From: Oligoflexales bacterium
Lineage (GTDB): Bacteria > Bdellovibrionota_B > Oligoflexia > Oligoflexales > RGVZ01
Reading direction: 5' to 3'
Assembly (NCBI GenBank): GCA_044236265.1
Contig: JBIIGV010000028.1
Location: 1-28,685 of the forward strand
Length of the DNA: 28,685 bases
How positions within the stretch are numbered: position 1 is the first letter of the stretch; every line of letters begins with the position of its first letter. The notes beneath the pieces were generated by a model, which ran no database searches, was not told where the DNA came from, and saw only the letters and a program-made list of their open reading frames with translations. Below, piece after piece: positions 8,034 through 16,691 of the stretch. The position numbers and the translations under genes were made by a program.

Positions 8034-9191
8034 TTAGTCGAGTACCTTTTCGCCGCGCATATCTAAAGATGTAGCGAAATTAAATCCGTCAGGAATGCTG
8101 ATTCCTACATACATTTCCTTTAAATCGTCCCATGAAACCGAGTAGAACCCTGAGGATCCCTCGTATCGACCCCAGGTATTTTCTATTTTGAGACGTTCGA
8201 TGCGTGATTTTGAATCAAGGCGGTAACCAACGATATTAACGACATGACCGTCAAGATGTCCGACCAGTGGTTTTTGGATCACGGTCATGATTCCATTTTT
8301 GATCCGGATTCCAGAGTCGCTCCAATTGACTGAGAGTAAAACACTGCGTCCCGAGGAAATTTCATGAACGATCGCTTTTTCAATATTTTCCCAGCTGGTT
8401 AAAAATCCGTTTTGAACCGTCTGAAGGTGTTCCTTAGGTGGTTTGCTTGGATAATGTGGCTTGGCTAGGAAAATTACATATGCTTCAGGATCTTCTGGAG
8501 CAAACATTTTGGCAAATTCCAAAGGAGATGTTTTCTTCCCATCGGACATAAACCAGGTGGGTTGGTGAACGTTATATGTTTTTAAAAGAGATTTGAAATG
8601 ACTCTCTGCAGATGCCAGCAGGGGTTTTGTGTCTTTGCCGTGGATGTTGTGTTCTTTGAACTTTTGACGATATTGCAGGGCGATTTCGTTCAACTCAAGT
8701 GCCATCTGGCCCCACTTGTTCGCTGGTTGTGACCAAGTTTTCTCCGGCATAACTCCGTAACGTCGAGCGAGTTGCCGAACTTCATTCATTTCTCCTCCGG
8801 ATTCTAACTCTGCTGAGATAACTTTTGCGCCTTGAATAATACGATAAAATCTCTCATGGAGGCTCGACATCATCATGTGTTCAGCTGATAAGGCGAGGCC
8901 CTTGCCGGTTTTCTTATAATGGGCAAACTCAAGTTCCTTGATTCCCGCTTGCAGCCAGCACGTGTTTAGCCAGTTTGTCAGGCGCCTCGATACATCGGGC
9001 AGTTCCTTGGTCATCCTGAATTCCGGAAGATGGCTTTTCGAGTTTTCCGAGCGCTTAACAGGGTCTGTTTCAGAGCCTGAAATGATAGATGGCGATGCGA
9101 CTTGCGCGCCGCGACACCCAATTAAGAGGGGCAAGATGAGAATTGAGTGGCGGAGTCTATTTTTGAATTGTCCGGCGCTGAGAAAGCTCAT
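8034..9191 (-). CDS. Papain-family (C1, PepC/bleomycin-hydrolase-like) cysteine peptidase lipoprotein
   Basis: Lipobox LLIGC; TCW, YGVMPE, GHVVNIVGY and KIENTWG...GFY give a Cys-His-Asn triad. GGAG precedes ATG 9191. Confidence 0.82.
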   Translation of the reverse strand: MSFLSAGQFKNRLRHSILILPLLIGCRGAQVASPSIISGSETDPVKRSENSKSHLPEFRMTKELPDVSRRLTNWLNTCWLQAGIKELEFAHYKKTGKGLALSAEHMMMSSLHERFYRIIQGAKVISAELESGGEMNEVRQLARRYGVMPEKTWSQPANKWGQMALELNEIALQYRQKFKEHNIHGKDTKPLLASAESHFKSLLKTYNVHQPTWFMSDGKKTSPLEFAKMFAPEDPEAYVIFLAKPHYPSKPPKEHLQTVQNGFLTSWENIEKAIVHEISSGRSVLLSVNWSDSGIRIKNGIMTVIQKPLVGHLDGHVVNIVGYRLDSKSRIERLKIENTWGRYEGSSGFYSVSWDDLKEMYVGISIPDGFNFATSLDMRGEKVLD

Positions 9192-9205
9192 CAAAACTCC
9201 TGTGA

Positions 9206-10384
9206 TCACATTGATCCAAGATCAATATAGATAATGGCGGTAGTTCTGCGCTCGATCTCGCGATGATTGTTGATTCCGATATCAACAGCATTGGTCGAAG
9301 CTTCCACGCCGATGAGTCCCACGTTCAGATGGATCCCTGCACTCCATCCTGCGTCATTGCCTCCGACGCGGATGCCAAGGGGACTTTTGCTGTACCCTTC
9401 TCCGAGCAGAAGTTCGAGACCGCTGCGAATTTTCTTGCGAGCAGCCATATGTTTTTGCGTTAGATATCCTCCCTCGAGGATAAAATTAACACGCCCAATT
9501 TTTCCAAGAGCTGGTGATATTGAGAATCCCGCCGTTAGGTCCTCTTCATAGGTAAGAGGCTCGTCTTCCGAATTACTAGCTGTATTTTTCGTATTGCCAA
9601 GATTTCGCGCAACCAGAGAGAATGCCGGGTTAGCAGCCTTTGGTACGCGAATTGTGATTCCTGCGTTTAGAGATTTCGCAGCGAATCCGCTGCGATTTTC
9701 TTTCAGAATTTTTTTCCGCTGATAAGAGTCGACCGTGTCCACGTAGTTGAAGGTGCCTGATGTTTCTTCAATGTTGCCGTATGCTTGGGAGACGCCGAGA
9801 AGCACGCGCTTTGATTTGTCTGAAGCCGAGGCGCCGACCATGACGCCAGTAAATGACCGGTATCGTAATTTTACTTGTCCTGAGTCGTCACCTACCGGAA
9901 CAGCGGCGAGCTGATGATCGACTACAGGGACTATGGCTGTATTACCGATGAAAAGACCCAGGGGCACAATCGACGCGCGCGCAAACTGCCGCTTACCTGA
10001 TTGGGCATCGATAATCGCTGCTCCTGTATTAGCGTCATTTTGGGCCTGTTGCGCATTAAATTCAGAGCGCACAGTTCCGGCATTCTGATTGAGACTCCCG
10101 GCTGCATATGGAAAATAGAGTGACTTGACCATCGATGATCCATCACTTTTAGTGTTGAGACCGAGTCCACCAATACCTGCAGGGTTGTAGTACAGAGCGT
10201 CAAGTTGATCGGCCAGAGTGCTGAGAGCGCCGCCCATTCCTGCAGCCCGGCAAGAGGCGAAAGGGGAGGGGTCAAGCACAGTATCTGTATTAGACAAGGA
10301 AGATGAACTTGTTTGCGAGTACGCTACCTGCGACAAGCCAGCAATAAACAGCCAGATGCTAACTTTTCCAGTTATTGGTACCAA
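9206..10384 (-). CDS. Outer-membrane beta-barrel, FadL/PorV/TraF-like superfamily
   Basis: Signal peptide (AYS-Q), N-terminal plug motif RAAGMGGA...ALYYNPAGI and alternating beta-strand pattern to the C-terminus; GGAGGGG SD. Confidence 0.7.
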   Translation of the reverse strand: MVPITGKVSIWLFIAGLSQVAYSQTSSSSLSNTDTVLDPSPFASCRAAGMGGALSTLADQLDALYYNPAGIGGLGLNTKSDGSSMVKSLYFPYAAGSLNQNAGTVRSEFNAQQAQNDANTGAAIIDAQSGKRQFARASIVPLGLFIGNTAIVPVVDHQLAAVPVGDDSGQVKLRYRSFTGVMVGASASDKSKRVLLGVSQAYGNIEETSGTFNYVDTVDSYQRKKILKENRSGFAAKSLNAGITIRVPKAANPAFSLVARNLGNTKNTASNSEDEPLTYEEDLTAGFSISPALGKIGRVNFILEGGYLTQKHMAARKKIRSGLELLLGEGYSKSPLGIRVGGNDAGWSAGIHLNVGLIGVEASTNAVDIGINNHREIERRTTAIIYIDLGSM

Positions 10385-10422
10385 ACGTCCCCTCCACGCG
10401 GCCTTTTATAGGGCCAAGATTG

Positions 10423-10449
10423 GTATCGGGGAGCTCGTTAAAAACTATA
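10423..10449 (-). promoter_or_regulatory. Sigma28 (FliA)-like promoter for the barrel/peptidase operon
   Basis: Minus strand reads TATAGTTT-N11-CCCGATAC versus consensus TAAAGTTT-N11-GCCGATAA (7/8 and 6/8, exact spacing), 38 nt upstream of the start codon. Confidence 0.5.
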
Positions 10450-10534
10450 GGGAAAATCGCAAAATACCGGCATTAATTCAGTGATTACGGGTATTTAGGA
10501 TCTTTAAAATATCTACTGAGATGGTCGTCCGAGT

Positions 10535-11188
10535 CTATTTTTTAAGGTCAGAGCGCAACCCCATCCAGATTTCGAAATATTTCCAAGCAGGCGGGACATC
10601 ATGACCTTGCTCGTGATCGGGTCTCAAAATTAGATCACCGGTGGCAGTCAGGAGGCGTCGAACCTCCGCATTTTGCTCAAGCTTCGCCTTCATCGCCTTA
10701 TAAATAATTTTGTAGTGATCACCTTTTTCAGCGGTGCGATAGGTCATTTTTTTGCCCTGGTATGTGACCCAATTGATGTTCATCTCTTTCATATTTTGCT
10801 CTGCGAGGTTGCCCGCGTGCTTTGCTTCAAAGCCAGTCATTTTCGCAACCTGATCTCGCGTAAATTTCCACACCAGCCTGGGAAATTTCAAGCGTTCATC
10901 ATTTGCTCCTTCAGGATATTTCATCATTTGCCAGAAGCCTTCAACACTCGGATATGTTTTACCATCAAGCTCAATCGGTGTTGTTGCGAAGTTGGAAAGA
11001 ATTCCGAGCTCAGTCCGTTTAGATAAAATGACCTCTCCAGGTTTAGCGTCCTGCGGAAGAATCTCCCATGAGGCGGCATCACTTCGTGGTACCGGTTGCC
11101 ACCATGCAGCGGGATAATTATTTTTTTGAATGTCTTTCCCGAATGCCGGCAATGACAGGGATGCAACAACAAACAGTAAAAGATTCAT
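10535..11188 (-). CDS. NADAR (YbiA/COG3236)-family N-glycosidase with signal peptide
   Basis: LSNFATTPIELDGKTYPSVEGFWQMMK and AMKAKLEQNAEVRRLLTATGDLIL. GGAGGAG before ATG 11188 gives MNLLLFVVASLSLPAFG/KD. Confidence 0.82.
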   Translation of the reverse strand: MNLLLFVVASLSLPAFGKDIQKNNYPAAWWQPVPRSDAASWEILPQDAKPGEVILSKRTELGILSNFATTPIELDGKTYPSVEGFWQMMKYPEGANDERLKFPRLVWKFTRDQVAKMTGFEAKHAGNLAEQNMKEMNINWVTYQGKKMTYRTAEKGDHYKIIYKAMKAKLEQNAEVRRLLTATGDLILRPDHEQGHDVPPAWKYFEIWMGLRSDLKK

Positions 11189-11439
11189 GATGTGAAAATC
11201 TCCTCCGGGATCAAAACAGACAGGCACGAGTTTTATGGGAACTAAAAAATATCGAAAACTTTAAGTATTCCCGAACGATACTGTGCCGACTAAAAAAAAC
11301 ACGAAAAATTCTCTTATATAGATGAAATCACGATGGTTTATACATTTACGTCTGGTTTTTTTGAAGCTCTCTTTAAATCCGCTTACCATAGTAGAAGACC
11401 TTTAATCATCAAAAATCATAACCTTTTTACGGGGTCATC

Positions 11440-13917
11440 ATGAAGGTAAATGCTACGCGTCCGTTACGAATTGCATCAATTTTTGCCATGAGTTTGGCTT
11501 TTGTTGCTCTCAGTTATGCGTGTAAGCCTCGAACAGATGCTTCACGGGTTCAGGGTGATGAATTATCTGGACGTGGGTCTTATCCGATTTGGTCTTATGA
11601 TGCAGGGCCGAACCCTAAAACGGACATTGGCAACGAACTAATCAATCTCCAAGCAAACATTCCTTACTTCCCCGGTCTCTCGTATGCCATCTTTGGTGAT
11701 CAAATGTTTCGTCCAGCATTTGGTCCAGTTTTGTGGCGCATGCTCCAAGAGCCAAACAGTGTAAAGATTCTTTTCATTGGTCAGGATGCCACCCATATCG
11801 CTGAGGCTGCTGGCCGCACGGCGACCGCAGGATTCGGTGGGCGAGCACAAGATCTGGCGAAATATTTTGGTGTTGGCTCGAGTGCTGCTTTCATTAACAC
11901 ATTCCCATATACCATTCGCTGGCAGTACTCATTTTTTGATGCTCCCATCGTTAATGGTGCGTCTGGAAGCGAGAAGCTATCGTACGGATCTCTAACTTCA
12001 AATCCTGTTTGGTTGCTATCTCAAGATCTTGAAAGTCCAATCGTCAAGTGGCGCAATCAGTTGATTTCCTGGATTATCAAAAATAATAAAAAGTCTCTGA
12101 AGATGATCGTTTTGTTCGGTGGTGCAGCACGAGACACCATGGGCACATTCATTACGGCAAACGGCGGAACGGTTGGTAGTCGCTATGATGCGGCAGAACT
12201 GGCGAATATCAAGGTGCCAGAATTTCAATATGTCTATAGCGGCGGTAACACTCAGGCTATAAGCCCATTGACGGCTGACGGAAAAGATCTTTACCGAGAG
12301 TTCAATGGTCAAGCGCCGAACTACGAAGATGAACCCAAGATGAACGAGTTGCGCTCGCGATTCCAGCAAGATTTCAATGCCAACCCGTCACGCTGGACCC
12401 AGAAAATGGTTTTCTCGCGCGGCGGCGTTAAGGGAAGTGGCGTGATTCATCCGGCCCAAATTGGTGGCTACGATGTAAACCGTAAAATGATGGTCAACGG
12501 TAAGCAGACGATTTCGCTCAAAGGGATGAAGCTACAGGATGGAACTTTGATCGATGGCGATTTGCTTGTCACCCAGTTACCACACCCGACTGCATTGAGT
12601 AGCATGACTGATACAGATGCCTCCGCTGCCGTAAAAAATGGAATCAAGCCGCTTGAGCCTTACAGCAGATCTGGCTGGAAGATTGAGCCAGATCGTGGAT
12701 TTTCGAGTGCGTTTGCGGAAGGCAAAGACTACCGCTATGCAAGAGCTTCGATGGGAACAGAGTACTATGATTTCGGAGCTCCTAATTCGCGTATGGTGAA
12801 TGTATCGTCGGCATCTCGCATGTCTACGAATGTGATTGTCTTCGGTACGCGCGACAAAGTTAGTTTTGATCAGGAGGCGATCAAAGCGATGACCTACGCA
12901 AGTCCGTCGTCTTATCCGCCTAATAGCGAAGTTTGGCTGACTAAACCGAATAGCACCGATGGTTCCCGCACCCAAAGCCTGAAAAATCGTCGCTACGCAT
13001 TTGATCCGGGACCGCCTGAAGAGTTTGCAAAATTGATGAAAACATCCCTACCAAAAGACGAAAACTTCATCCGCAAGCGCGACGATAACGGTGATTATGC
13101 ACACTACCGCGGTACCTTTAACGCTCCACGTGTTTTGATCGTCGCTGATCCAGATGGTTATGACGATCTGATTACGGCAAGAGCGCTCACTGGAACTCGG
13201 GGCCAATATCTCCAGTCAGTAATGGACAGCATGGGTGTTGGTACAAATTATCTTGTCATTAAAACTGCGCCATACGGTCAGGATCCCGATTGGCAAGAAA
13301 CATTCAATGCTACTAAGCCTTATAGAGAATCGCTGCTTAAGAAGATAGTTTCCTCGCATAAGCCTGAACTAGTGCTGACAGATGGGCCGTTTGCAAAAGC
13401 AGAAGTGGAACGAATTCTTGCAGCAAATGGCTTAACCGTTGTGAACATCGAGCGTAGTGGCAATGCTAACAGTAGTGGTATTGAAAAAGCGGTCGCTCAA
13501 ATCAAAAAAATTCCAGCTTTTAGCCGAGCATCTTTCTCGGGGAAGATGACAGATATTCCCCGTCTCCACATGACATATTATGCTCGTGCCTGGGAAGGTA
13601 CCTCGGGTGACCGCGTCATTGCATCGCCAGATCCTAAGTATGCTGGGAAGGCTTACGCATTTGTAGCGCCGCGTTGGGCTTATCAACAGAAGTATTCCAT
13701 GCCAGCGAATGAAATTGCAGGCTGTGAGAAATTATTCATGAAAGCAGTTCAGGCAAAAGTTCGTCTTGGTGGGGAGCCAATTGTTAAAATGTCTGAGCGT
13801 TTACGAACTGGTGTAGTTCCGGCTAGTCCTTGTCAGGGGCTAAGTCGTGAGGATACATCATCGGTCGAAGTCGATACGATAAGTTCAGTAGAAGAGACCA
13901 GGCCTGAGCGACTTTGA
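11440..13917 (+). CDS. 825-aa predicted lipoprotein with two tandem uracil-DNA-glycosylase-superfamily-like domains
   Basis: Signal ends SYAC28. Domain 1: ILFIGQD (G114-D116), FINT, IVLFGGAA and LPHPT (H382). Domain 2: VLIVADPD (A569-D572), ALTGTRG, LVIKT and VLTDGPFA. Confidence 0.72.
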   Translation: MKVNATRPLRIASIFAMSLAFVALSYACKPRTDASRVQGDELSGRGSYPIWSYDAGPNPKTDIGNELINLQANIPYFPGLSYAIFGDQMFRPAFGPVLWRMLQEPNSVKILFIGQDATHIAEAAGRTATAGFGGRAQDLAKYFGVGSSAAFINTFPYTIRWQYSFFDAPIVNGASGSEKLSYGSLTSNPVWLLSQDLESPIVKWRNQLISWIIKNNKKSLKMIVLFGGAARDTMGTFITANGGTVGSRYDAAELANIKVPEFQYVYSGGNTQAISPLTADGKDLYREFNGQAPNYEDEPKMNELRSRFQQDFNANPSRWTQKMVFSRGGVKGSGVIHPAQIGGYDVNRKMMVNGKQTISLKGMKLQDGTLIDGDLLVTQLPHPTALSSMTDTDASAAVKNGIKPLEPYSRSGWKIEPDRGFSSAFAEGKDYRYARASMGTEYYDFGAPNSRMVNVSSASRMSTNVIVFGTRDKVSFDQEAIKAMTYASPSSYPPNSEVWLTKPNSTDGSRTQSLKNRRYAFDPGPPEEFAKLMKTSLPKDENFIRKRDDNGDYAHYRGTFNAPRVLIVADPDGYDDLITARALTGTRGQYLQSVMDSMGVGTNYLVIKTAPYGQDPDWQETFNATKPYRESLLKKIVSSHKPELVLTDGPFAKAEVERILAANGLTVVNIERSGNANSSGIEKAVAQIKKIPAFSRASFSGKMTDIPRLHMTYYARAWEGTSGDRVIASPDPKYAGKAYAFVAPRWAYQQKYSMPANEIAGCEKLFMKAVQAKVRLGGEPIVKMSERLRTGVVPASPCQGLSREDTSSVEVDTISSVEETRPERL

Positions 13918-13936
13918 TTTGATTTGGTCCAAGAAC

Positions 13937-13972
13937 AAAAAAACCCGCTCCAATCGGAGCGGGTTTTCTTTT
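13937..13972. terminator. Bidirectional intrinsic terminator
   Basis: AAAACCCGCTCC-AATC-GGAGCGGGTTTT forms a perfect 12-bp stem with an A-tract before and a T-tract after, between convergent genes. Confidence 0.9.
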
Positions 13973-13982
13973 GTACATACTA

Positions 13983-14879
13983 TTAATCCAAATTGAAAAC
14001 AGTCTTTACCGCGCAGTGATCAGAGACGGTGTCGTTATATCTCTGGAGGGTCCTGCGATCAGATTGGTTGCAAGGGCCAATGATGTGATGAAAGCTGACT
14101 TTATCTGCTAAAGTCCCAGTGATCCAGGCACGATCAAATTTCGCAGGTTCATAGCTTTCGTGAGTCGTTGCCCAGGAAAATTTTTCAGGAGATGGGACTT
14201 CTTCCATTTGGCTTCCAGCAAGGATTCTGGAGAAATTTTCTGGGTCATCACCGTATGTGTTGAAGTCGCCAACGATTGTCACCGGTAGAATTTCGCCATC
14301 GCGCTTAATATATTTTGAAATGACTTCCATCTGTCGGAGTCTGGTCGACGAAAAATCTGGTGCAGACTTCAAGTGAACGGCGAAAAGGTGCATGACGGCT
14401 TTCCCGCCACTGGTTTTGACGATCCCGTGAACTGCTGGTCGAAGCTCTCCATTGAGATCGACTTCGTCTAAAGTATAGGATTTTGAACCGGGAGCTTTTT
14501 CAAATTTTAAATGAGGCTTGACGCACACGACTACGTGCTGATGCTCTGGGTCTTTGTGATTGTATGAATAACAGTTATAGCGTTTTTCAAGCAGAACGTC
14601 AGAAAGCAGTTTAACATCAACGATTTCTTCAAATGCCAAGACGTCAGCCATCAGGCCGCTGTCAGTCATGTGTTTGCGAATCGTTTGTATTCGACTCTCG
14701 TTGCTGGCGGCTTTGTTTTGAGATGTGTTGTGTTCTTTGGATCCAAACCAACGCAGGTTGAATTGAGCAAGACTAAGTTGCTCTTTTCCGCCGTCGGATC
14801 GAGAGGCTTTGGCGGAATACCCGCCACTCATGGTCATGGCTAGGACGGTGAAGAGTAAATGGGACAACTTGAGTTTCAT
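13983..14879 (-). CDS. Exported endonuclease/exonuclease/phosphatase (EEP, DNase I fold)
   Basis: QFNLRWF, DVLAFEEI, VHLKS, VGDFN, FDRAW and SDHCAV. AGAAGGAG before ATG 14879 gives signal MKLKLSHLLFTVLAMTMSGGYSAKA. Confidence 0.88.
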   Translation of the reverse strand: MKLKLSHLLFTVLAMTMSGGYSAKASRSDGGKEQLSLAQFNLRWFGSKEHNTSQNKAASNESRIQTIRKHMTDSGLMADVLAFEEIVDVKLLSDVLLEKRYNCYSYNHKDPEHQHVVVCVKPHLKFEKAPGSKSYTLDEVDLNGELRPAVHGIVKTSGGKAVMHLFAVHLKSAPDFSSTRLRQMEVISKYIKRDGEILPVTIVGDFNTYGDDPENFSRILAGSQMEEVPSPEKFSWATTHESYEPAKFDRAWITGTLADKVSFHHIIGPCNQSDRRTLQRYNDTVSDHCAVKTVFNLD

Positions 14880-15094
14880 GCAGGCTCCTTCTGCAGTTAG
14901 CGGCAGCGCACCACAACATCCGCATTCCATGCGAACTATTAAAAACACAACTTTGATTGACTCTTGTAAAACAGTGTAACGCTTATTTGTGAGCTTGGAA
15001 ATATTAAAAATTGCAACAGAACAGAATAATAAATTCAGCTGCTTAGCGATAATAAGATAGGTGACGAAAGATTAATCTGTAAGCTAATAATAGC

Positions 15095-15139
15095 AACCGC
15101 CGTATCGCTTCTATTAGAAAATGAAGCCATACGGCAGTT
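15095..15139 (-). terminator. Long hairpin just downstream of lysS (terminator or 3' stabiliser)
   Basis: Minus strand AACUGCCGUAUGGCUUC-11 nt-GAAGCGAUACGGCGGUU: 17-bp stem with one G-G mismatch and one G-U; the U-tract is weak. Confidence 0.55.
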
Positions 15140-15164
15140 ATATGTTAGTCAATAATGCTTTGAT

Positions 15165-16691
15165 TCAGTCTTCAAAAAACTCTTCTTTTTTAAGCAGAGG
15201 GAATAGTATGACATCCCTGATGCTAGGACTATTTGTCAAAAGCATACACAAACGATCGATACCAATTCCTTCGCCTGCAGCCGGCGGCATTCCGTATTCG
15301 AGTGCGCGGACGTAATCATAGTCAACGTCACAGGCTTCCTCGTCACCGCCAGCCTTAGCCTCCGCCTGTTCGGAGAAGCGTTCAAGCTGATCGGTGGGGT
15401 TGTTAAGCTCGTTAAAAGCGTTGGCGATCTCCCAACCATTCACAAATAATTCAAAACGGTCTACGACATCGGGGTTCTTGTCATTACGCCGAGCCAACGG
15501 TGATATCTCGGTTGGGAAGTCGGTAATAAACGTTGGCTGCACGAGACCGCCCTCGGCGAACTCCTCAAAACAAAGAACCATCAGCTTGTCAGCAGATAGT
15601 TTTGTAAGAGTTTTCTCATCGTGACCCTTTGCTTTCAGTTTTTGAATCATGGACGCCGGTTGTCGTGTTTCTGCTTCCGTTAAACCGGTCGAAGCGACAA
15701 CCGCCTCGCGCATCGTCATGCGCTTAAATGGCATTGCGAAGCTGATCTCTCGCTCGGCAAAGGTCACCGACTCCTTGTTGTATAAGTGACGAACAAGCCC
15801 GTTTAGCAACTCCTCAGTCAGTCGCATGTGATCTTCATAAGTGGCCCAGGCTTCATAGAACTCGATCGACGTGAACTCGGGATTGTGCTTGATGGAAAGG
15901 CCTTCGTTGCGAAAACAACGGTTCATCTCAAAGACTTTGTTAAATCCGCCCACAAGCAGTCGCTTCAAATGAAGTTCAGGCGCAATGCGCATGAATAGCT
16001 CCATATCTAGGGCGTTGTGGTGGGTCAAAAATGGCTTGGCAGTTGCTCCCCCGGCGACAGAGTGCATCATCGGTGTTTCCACTTCGAGGTAGCCACGGTC
16101 GTAAAAGAAATCACGAATATAGCGTACAATCATGCTGCGCTTGCGCAGCGTATCCCGGCTCTCGGCATTCATGGTCATGTCGACATAGCGCATGCGGTAA
16201 CATAGCTCTGCATCTGTCAGGCCATGAAACTTTTCAGGAAGCGGACGAATAGATTTGGTGACGAGTTTGAATTCTTTGGCGTGGATGGCCAATTCGCCTT
16301 TTCCGGTGCGGAACATGTGGCCGCGCGCCCATATAAAATCGCCGTAGTCCAAGAGCTTGTACTCGGCAAAATCAGCTTCAGATAGATCATTCTTGCTTAC
16401 ATAAATTTGCATTCGTCCCGCGCCGTCATCGCAGTCGATAAATGCAGCTTTTCCAAAGTCTCGGACCAGCATCGCTCGACCCGCTAGCGCATAATCTGTG
16501 GAGATGCCGGCAAGTTCTTCTTTGGTCTGAGCATCGTGGCGTTTGCGTAGCTCAACAGACGAAACGTTCGGCTTTAAATTTGTCTTGTAAGACAAAGAGC
16601 CCATCTCCATCATCTTGGCACGTTTGTCCAAACGCGCATCGATCTGTTCTGAAAACGTGTCGGTCCATTGCTTGACGAATTTTTCACGCAT
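15165..16691 (-). CDS. lysS: Lysine--tRNA ligase (class II)
   Basis: OB-fold, then LPEKFHGL, YRMRYVD, EVETP, RIAPELHLKRL, FRNEG, HNPEF and GIGIDRL; ATG 16691 follows AAGGA. Confidence 0.98.
   Translation of the reverse strand: MREKFVKQWTDTFSEQIDARLDKRAKMMEMGSLSYKTNLKPNVSSVELRKRHDAQTKEELAGISTDYALAGRAMLVRDFGKAAFIDCDDGAGRMQIYVSKNDLSEADFAEYKLLDYGDFIWARGHMFRTGKGELAIHAKEFKLVTKSIRPLPEKFHGLTDAELCYRMRYVDMTMNAESRDTLRKRSMIVRYIRDFFYDRGYLEVETPMMHSVAGGATAKPFLTHHNALDMELFMRIAPELHLKRLLVGGFNKVFEMNRCFRNEGLSIKHNPEFTSIEFYEAWATYEDHMRLTEELLNGLVRHLYNKESVTFAEREISFAMPFKRMTMREAVVASTGLTEAETRQPASMIQKLKAKGHDEKTLTKLSADKLMVLCFEEFAEGGLVQPTFITDFPTEISPLARRNDKNPDVVDRFELFVNGWEIANAFNELNNPTDQLERFSEQAEAKAGGDEEACDVDYDYVRALEYGMPPAAGEGIGIDRLCMLLTNSPSIRDVILFPLLKKEEFFED

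Noticed and set aside
11241..11308. Imperfect direct repeat ACTAAAAAA..CGAAAA in the NADAR/UDG intergenic
   Set aside because: It is mostly A-tract in an AT-rich region and cannot be distinguished from chance without orthologues.
10535..13917. DarT1-NADAR toxin-antitoxin / anti-phage system
   Set aside because: No ADP-ribosyltransferase-like ORF is adjacent, the neighbour is divergent and UDG-like, and the NADAR appears to be exported.
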